Made by a program: the position numbers and the translations under genes. Under the pieces are notes generated by a model. The model did not search any database and was not told the DNA's origin. It worked only from the letters and a program-made list of their open reading frames with translations. Positions 58,580-64,000 of a DNA stretch of 64,000 bases are shown here, piece by piece (position 1 is the first letter of the stretch; the number at the start of each line of letters is the position of its first letter). Source of the DNA: an uncultured bacterium (GTDB lineage: Bacteria; Patescibacteriota; Minisyncoccia; Phycocordibacterales; GWA1-40-21); assembly GCA_963716205.1 (NCBI GenBank), contig OY970290.1, positions 520,322 to 584,321 of the forward strand, read 5' to 3'.

Positions 58580-59509
58580 TTAATCTTTCAGATATTTCTG
58601 CACTGCCAGATAGCTTGAAAGTGCGCCGAGTAAGATTCCCGATCCGGTGATGATTCCCAGAATTTCAAAGAAATTATTCATATAATATTGGAACACGTCA
58701 AAGCCGACAAAATATACTCCGTAATATCTGTTGATTGAAAAAGTAACGATTGCAAAAAGCATGAGAACGAGAAATGCCGATATGATTCCGCAGAATACTC
58801 CGGAGACGACAAACGGACCCTTGACGTATTTATTTGAAGCGCCGACGAGCCGCATGACGGAGATTTCATCTTTTGCCATGAAAATAGTGAGCCGTATGGT
58901 ATTGAACGCAACGATAATGGAAATGAGGATAAAGAAAACTGCAAGCCAGAAGCCGATCTCGTTTGCAGAATTGATAATGCTGTTCAGGCGGTCAATGACA
59001 ATTTTATTCTGGGCATAATCAACGCTGTCGATGATTGTCGAGCCGTCTGACGAAAGAAGTTCGCTGCTGTCGCCGTTTAAAAAGTCTGCGATGCCGGCAT
59101 ATTGGGACGGATCCTTTGCTTTGATGTTGAGTGACGCATCAAGAGGATTTTCTCCAAGCTCGCTCAAGGCGGAGAGTGTCAAACTATCGCTTGCATGCTT
59201 GGCTTGAAAATCAGCCAGTGCTTGGTCGCGCGAGGTATAGGTAACGCTTTCAACTTCCGGCAATGCTTCAAGCGATTTCTGAACAGACAAAATATCGGAC
59301 TCGTCGGCAGTCGTCACAAAATATACCGTGACATCGACTTTATTTTTTACTTGTGCAAGACTGTAACTGAAAAAACCGGAAAGCAACATGACTGAAACGA
59401 TGATAAAAAGAGTGATAGTCATAACCAAAAGAGAAGAGAGCGAAACAAAACCGTTTCTGAAAAAATTCTGCAGTCCCGATTTGAAAATTCTTTTTGTTGC
59501 AAGCCACAT
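58580..59509 (-). CDS. ftsX: Cell division permease FtsX
   Basis: Follows ftsE; NPL, NTIRLTI....EI.VMRLVGA. Confidence 0.9.
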   Translation of the reverse strand: MWLATKRIFKSGLQNFFRNGFVSLSSLLVMTITLFIIVSVMLLSGFFSYSLAQVKNKVDVTVYFVTTADESDILSVQKSLEALPEVESVTYTSRDQALADFQAKHASDSLTLSALSELGENPLDASLNIKAKDPSQYAGIADFLNGDSSELLSSDGSTIIDSVDYAQNKIVIDRLNSIINSANEIGFWLAVFFILISIIVAFNTIRLTIFMAKDEISVMRLVGASNKYVKGPFVVSGVFCGIISAFLVLMLFAIVTFSINRYYGVYFVGFDVFQYYMNNFFEILGIITGSGILLGALSSYLAVQKYLKD

Positions 59510-59531
59510 ATAATTTATAAATAAAAAAATA

Positions 59532-60212
59532 TTACATCGAATACTTCCCTGTTGGATCGTCGCGCACGACTTTTCCATTTTCCATCGAAAGCACGCGTTT
59601 GCCGAGTGAATCGATAACGCCTTTATTATGCGTCGTCAGTATGATTGTCGTGCCGAGGTCGTTTATTTTTTTCAAAATCTGGATTATTTCGTAGGTGTTG
59701 ATCGGGTCAAGATTGCCGGTCGGCTCATCGGCAATGATGATGTCCGGCTGATTGACGATGGCTCTCGCGATAGCCACGCGTTGCTTTTCACCGCCCGAAA
59801 GCTCATGCGGAAAATTGAACGCTTTCTCGGAAAGATTAACGAGATCGAGCACATGAGGAACATCAGAATGGATTTCCTCGTCGCTTCGTCCGGAAACTTC
59901 CATGGCAAAAGCAATATTTTCATAAATGGTCTTGTTCGGCAAAAGGCGGAAATCCTGAAACACCGTGCCGATTTTTCTCCTGAAATAATTTATTTCATGC
60001 TTGGTCAGCTTGTGAATGTCAAGCGATTCATAAAATATTCTGCCTTTGGTCGGCTTTTCCTCGGCAAGAAGCATTTTGATAAGCGTTGTTTTTCCGGCGC
60101 CGGAATGTCCGACAATGGAAACGAATTCTTTTGGCTCGATGGAAATCGTAACATCTTTCAAGGCGGCCGTGTTGTCAGAATATATTTTTGTGACTTTCTC
60201 AAAAACAATCAT
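59532..60212 (-). CDS. ftsE: Cell division ATPase FtsE
   Basis: GHSGAGKT, VFQDFRLL, LSGGEKQRV, ADEPTGNLD. Confidence 0.93.
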   Translation of the reverse strand: MIVFEKVTKIYSDNTAALKDVTISIEPKEFVSIVGHSGAGKTTLIKMLLAEEKPTKGRIFYESLDIHKLTKHEINYFRRKIGTVFQDFRLLPNKTIYENIAFAMEVSGRSDEEIHSDVPHVLDLVNLSEKAFNFPHELSGGEKQRVAIARAIVNQPDIIIADEPTGNLDPINTYEIIQILKKINDLGTTIILTTHNKGVIDSLGKRVLSMENGKVVRDDPTGKYSM

Positions 60213-60221
60213 GAACGGTTA

Positions 60222-61094
60222 TTATACCATATTTTTTTCCGCTTCAATGAATTCATCGAGATCACCCGCCAAAACTTTGTCTATCTGTGAAGTCTCGACT
60301 CCCGTGCGGTGATCTTTGATCATTTTATACGGATGAAAAACATAGGAACGGATCTGACTTCCCCAATCAATCGACGTCGTCTTGCTGATATGCAATCCCT
60401 TTTCTTTCATTTTTTTCTCTTCTTCGCGTAGAGCAAATAATTTTCCTTTCAAAATCTGCAATGCCTTTTCTTTATTTTGCAGCTGACTTCGCTCGCTCGC
60501 GCTCCGCACTGAAATACCGGTCGGAATATGCAAAAGCCGGACTGCGGTTTCGCGCTTGTTCACATTTTGCCCGCCTGGACCGCCAGCTTTCGAGACTTCC
60601 ATTTTAATTTCATTTTCCGGAATTTCTATCTCGCTGTCCTTTTCTATTTTCGGCACAACTTCAACGAGAGAAAAAGAAGTTTGCCTCAGATTTTTAGAAT
60701 TGAACGGGGAAAGACGGACCAAGCGATGCACACCGTTCTCGCCTTTAAGCTCGCCGTAGACATTTGCGCCGATGATTTCAAGCGTAATGTTACGGTAGCC
60801 GCCGTGGTCATTTTCATTTTCATCAAGAATATGATATATCCATCCTTTTTTCGTAAAAAATTTCGTATACATCTCAAAAAGAATTCTGGAAAAATCTTCC
60901 GCGTCATCCCCGCCCGCACCGGAAAAAATAGTCATGATAGCATGACCGCCGTTATATTTATCTTTTCCAAAAAGCTCGGATTTCAATTCCGCAATCTCTC
61001 TGATGGTCGCTTGCGCTTTTGTTTTGTCGTTCCAAAAATCCGCCGCTTGCATTTGGCTTTCCAATTCTTTGATTTTATTTCCAATTTCTTTCAT
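60222..61094 (-). CDS. prfB: Peptide chain release factor 2 (N-terminally short, no frameshift)
   Basis: GAGG, GVHRLVRLSPF (SPF), GGQNVNK, WGSQIRSYV. Confidence 0.92.
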   Translation of the reverse strand: MKEIGNKIKELESQMQAADFWNDKTKAQATIREIAELKSELFGKDKYNGGHAIMTIFSGAGGDDAEDFSRILFEMYTKFFTKKGWIYHILDENENDHGGYRNITLEIIGANVYGELKGENGVHRLVRLSPFNSKNLRQTSFSLVEVVPKIEKDSEIEIPENEIKMEVSKAGGPGGQNVNKRETAVRLLHIPTGISVRSASERSQLQNKEKALQILKGKLFALREEEKKMKEKGLHISKTTSIDWGSQIRSYVFHPYKMIKDHRTGVETSQIDKVLAGDLDEFIEAEKNMV

Positions 61095-61095
61095 G

Positions 61096-61168
61096 AGCCA
61101 CCTCCCAGGATCGAACTGGGGACCCCATCTTTACGAAAGATGTGCTCTACCAACTGAGCTAAGGTGGC
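61096..61168 (-). tRNA. tRNA-Thr(CGT)
   Basis: GCCACCT acceptor, CATCT-TTCGTAA-AGATG, GTTCGATC. Confidence 0.92.
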
Positions 61169-61200
61169 CAAAACATTTTGCAAAAAGCAAAATGTATGGG

Positions 61201-61273
61201 AGCCGTTGACCAGGATCGGACTGGTGACCTCGTCATTACCAATGACGTGCTCTACCAACTGAGCTACAACGGC
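61201..61273 (-). tRNA. tRNA-Thr(GGT)
   Basis: GCCGTTG acceptor, CGTCA-TTGGTAA-TGACG; T-loop reads TCCGATC. Confidence 0.9.
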
Positions 61274-61365
61274 TTGTTGTATAAAAACAAAGGTGGAGAC
61301 CAACGAATACTAAATGATTTTTACCTTTTTTGCAATTATGCTATCATTAGTTTTAATAAAAAATT

Positions 61366-61920
61366 ATGAACCAAAGACTTGGAATCAGGGCGCTTGTTTT
61401 ATATATCGTGAAAGGTCTTCTGCCAGGAGTTATTCTTTTGTTCCTCACATTCATTGTATTGTCCCTGAAAGATACGCTGATAAACAGTTTTATCAATTCC
61501 GGATATGCGGCGCCGGATGTCATCAATAAAATCGTTCTTTTCGTTATCGGCGGAATGTATGTTCTTTCGACGCTTATTCTGATATTCGGACTTCTGATCA
61601 ATTTGATACATTATTTCACGTGCATATTCGGCATGGACGATTACGGCTTCAAAATGCATCGTGGACTTATCAGCAGAGATGAAGTAACAATTCCCTACCA
61701 TCAGATTGAAGATGTCGATGTCGATCAGAGCGTCATCGGAAGACTGCTTGGTGTCGGCAAACTTATCATTCTGACAGCGGGAAATGAAAACAAAGACAAG
61801 CACGGCGAAGAAAATGAAATTGTCTTCAGCATTATCGATATATCAATAGCAAAATCTCTGCAGAAAATCCTCGTTGAAAGAAGTTCCGTACAGTTGGTCA
61901 AAGAAGTTCCGAAAGTATGA
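61366..61920 (+). CDS. Bacterial PH (bPH_2) domain membrane protein
   Basis: Two TMs, RGLI.R....IPY..I..VD..QS..GR.LG.G.L.I.TAG. Confidence 0.82.
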   Translation: MNQRLGIRALVLYIVKGLLPGVILLFLTFIVLSLKDTLINSFINSGYAAPDVINKIVLFVIGGMYVLSTLILIFGLLINLIHYFTCIFGMDDYGFKMHRGLISRDEVTIPYHQIEDVDVDQSVIGRLLGVGKLIILTAGNENKDKHGEENEIVFSIIDISIAKSLQKILVERSSVQLVKEVPKV

Positions 61921-61931
61921 TATAAAAAAAT

Positions 61932-61966
61932 AAAAAGAGCGGCGCCCGCAGGGCGCCGCTCTTTTT
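61932..61966. terminator. Bidirectional terminator (AAAGAGCGGCGC family, copy 3)
   Basis: AAAAAGAGCGGCGCCC-GCA-GGGCGCCGCTCTTTTT between convergent genes. Confidence 0.85.
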
Positions 61967-61984
61967 ATGTATCGGATATTTTAT

Positions 61985-62785
61985 TTAGAACCCGAATAAG
62001 TGACTGAAGAATGATCCGATTGATCCGAAGAATCCTCCCATGCCTCTGCCTTGCGGCTTTGCAGAATTCGTCTGGTCAATGACTGAGGAAGCTGTGACGG
62101 ATGTTCCATTCACATTTCCCTGAACAATCACTTGATCTCCGATCGCAATGCTTGAAACTGATGCACCCGTCACGCCCGGCTTGGTAACTTTTGCGCTTGA
62201 TGCGTCAATCGTGTAGGTAACATTTCCGCTGTTGGTAATCGTAAGCGTTGTGCCGCTTATGGCAGTTATTTTTCCTGCGACGACCGGCTCGCCATTGCCG
62301 ACAATCTGCAGCGTTGACGATGCATGCTGCATATTTCCACCAGGTCTCATACCCATACCAAACTTGCCGTCAAAAATTTTTGTCGCGGTGACATTTGCTC
62401 CGGAAACAGTTCCTTGAATCATAACCGTATCACCGACTGCAATTGCAGATACCGAACTTGTCGCGTTTGATTTCATGACAGTGGCATTGCTTGCATCAAC
62501 CGTGTATGTGGTTGCCGGAGTAGTTGTCCCATTTCTGCCAAAACTTTCGCTGGTCACTGTCAGTGTCGTGCCGTTTATCGATGCGACTTCTCCGACAACT
62601 GCCGGTTTCATTCCCATTCGATTTCCTGCATTGCCCTGAAATTGTCCATGCATTTGCATTTGAGGATTATTTCCCCATCCGACTTGTCCTACTGCGGGCG
62701 GCACAGCGGCAAACGCCGGCACAATGAGCGCAAGACTGGTGACAAGAGCGACCGAAAGCGAACCGATAATATATTTCTTATTCAT
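61985..62785 (-). CDS. Exported DUF5666-repeat protein
   Basis: Signal peptide; two G.V..I.GTTLT...YTVDAS...I.VGD.V.VQG repeats. Confidence 0.75.
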   Translation of the reverse strand: MNKKYIIGSLSVALVTSLALIVPAFAAVPPAVGQVGWGNNPQMQMHGQFQGNAGNRMGMKPAVVGEVASINGTTLTVTSESFGRNGTTTPATTYTVDASNATVMKSNATSSVSAIAVGDTVMIQGTVSGANVTATKIFDGKFGMGMRPGGNMQHASSTLQIVGNGEPVVAGKITAISGTTLTITNSGNVTYTIDASSAKVTKPGVTGASVSSIAIGDQVIVQGNVNGTSVTASSVIDQTNSAKPQGRGMGGFFGSIGSFFSHLFGF

Positions 62786-62925
62786 AAATTATTATATTTT
62801 TATTGATTGATAATCTTTTCGACAAAAGGATTGTATCCTTTGTAGCTTGTTATACGCTTTTCAAGCTTGGCGAGGTGCATAAAATAAATTGACTAATGCT
62901 CATTTGAAAGTTAGAATGGCGAAAT

Positions 62926-63882
62926 ATGAAAAACATTGTTACTCTTGGCGGTGCAAGCGGACATACGCAAGTCCTTCTCGCGCTCAAAAATATTCCCGAT
63001 ATTCAAATCACCGCAGTTTGTCCGAGCACGGATTCAGGCGGTTCAACGGGAATATTGAAAGATGTCTACGGCTCAAGCGGCTATCTTGGGGATCTGACAA
63101 AATGCATCGTCGCCCTTTCAAATAATAAATCTCTCGCACAAGCTCTGATGTATCGCTACGCTGGCGGTCCGATTGAAGGCCATACCGTAAAAAATCTTTT
63201 ATTTTTCGCGCTTGAAAAAACCGGCAATTTGAAATCCGCACTCGATGTTATGTCTGATATTTGCAAACTCGGCATTCATCGCGTCCTGCCGGTCACCAAT
63301 AAAAAAACGGAATTGCGCGCCCGGCTTGAAATCGGCAATGAAATTTCCGGCGAGACCAATATCGACAATATCGCCAAAAATCCGCTGTGGAATCCGTATG
63401 TCCATTCCATCAAAAATGTCTATCTCGTCCCGTCGGTTTCCGCATCAGAAGATGTGCTTCAAGCGATAGAAAAATCGGAATACGTTATCATCTCGCCGGG
63501 CGATCTGTATTCAAGCATCGTCCCGACACTTTTGCCCCAAGGCGTGACAAAATCCATAAAAAAGAGCGGGGCAAAAATAATTTTATTTTTGAACATCATG
63601 ACCAAGCAGGGCGAGACGGACAATTACACCGCGAGCGATTTCATCAATGCCGTTGAAAAATATCTTGGTAAAAAAGTGGACTATATCATTTCGAACAATT
63701 CAAAGATTTCGAAAAAAGTTTTATTGAATTATTCTCTCGAAAGCAAAGTTGAACTCTCGAAATTTGTCAAAAAATCTGATAAGCGGGTTTCCTTCGCCCC
63801 GCTTGCCATGGTCAACAAAGCCGGCGCTCTCGTTTCCAATCCAAAGGTGATCAAAAAGTGCGTAATGAAGATTATGAAGTAA
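62926..63882 (+). CDS. YvcK/CofD family protein
   Basis: IVTLGGASG, DSGGSTG, GH...NL, GETNID, PGDLYSSI.P, NIMT..GET. Confidence 0.88.
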   Translation: MKNIVTLGGASGHTQVLLALKNIPDIQITAVCPSTDSGGSTGILKDVYGSSGYLGDLTKCIVALSNNKSLAQALMYRYAGGPIEGHTVKNLLFFALEKTGNLKSALDVMSDICKLGIHRVLPVTNKKTELRARLEIGNEISGETNIDNIAKNPLWNPYVHSIKNVYLVPSVSASEDVLQAIEKSEYVIISPGDLYSSIVPTLLPQGVTKSIKKSGAKIILFLNIMTKQGETDNYTASDFINAVEKYLGKKVDYIISNNSKISKKVLLNYSLESKVELSKFVKKSDKRVSFAPLAMVNKAGALVSNPKVIKKCVMKIMK

Positions 63883-63963
63883 TTTTCTCAAACAATCAAA
63901 TCAAAAAGAAGATTCTTGATTGCGTTCAAAACTGCAGCACTGGGCAGTGTTGATAACTTTTTG

Positions 63964-64000
63964 CGCGACCGATGGGACTCGAACCCACGACCTCTCCCGT
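63964..64000 (-). tRNA. 3' half of a tRNA (probably Asp; anticodon outside the window)
   Basis: ACGGGAGAGGTCGTGGGTTCGAGTCCCATCGGTCGCG: T-arm, acceptor 3' strand, G73. Confidence 0.75.

Noticed and set aside
1-64000. Alternative genetic code (UGA=Gly)
   Set aside because: Conserved genes are full length under code 11, several end in TGA, and RF2 is present

Overview
A gene-dense, low-GC bacterial chromosome segment in standard code 11 (TGA is used as a stop and prfB is present). It looks like Patescibacteria/CPR (Parcubacteria-like). That is inferred from the short IF2 and RF2, core genes that mostly lack SD sequences, giant Thr/Ser-rich surface proteins and DUF5666/Gmad2 proteins. Housekeeping genes: clpB, iscS-like, infB, rbfA, class II RNR, htpX/lemA, secG, rnj, ftsEX, prfB, yvcK, plus 9 complete tRNAs and 1 partial. 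There is a long redox operon (FMN-binding protein, ApbE, RnfD/NqrB-FNR fusion, SIS, zwf, gnd, CcdA, thioredoxin) next to dipZ-msrA-msrB. Two free-standing endonuclease genes abut tRNA 5' ends. Two serine-recombinase remnants lack their catalytic domain. An ~11 kb cassette-like island ends at tRNA-Gln. The most striking observation is a Mu-Com-like zinc finger fused to a PAS domain (46631-47101). Its own leader, and the leader of the downstream 1883-aa S74-chaperone surface-fibre gene, each carry a Com-type GA-stem-C(N2-3)GA-stem hairpin that overlaps a helix masking the AUG. This points to a possible signal-responsive, autoregulated translational switch on an adhesin operon. All calls come from reading motifs by eye; no database searches were run.
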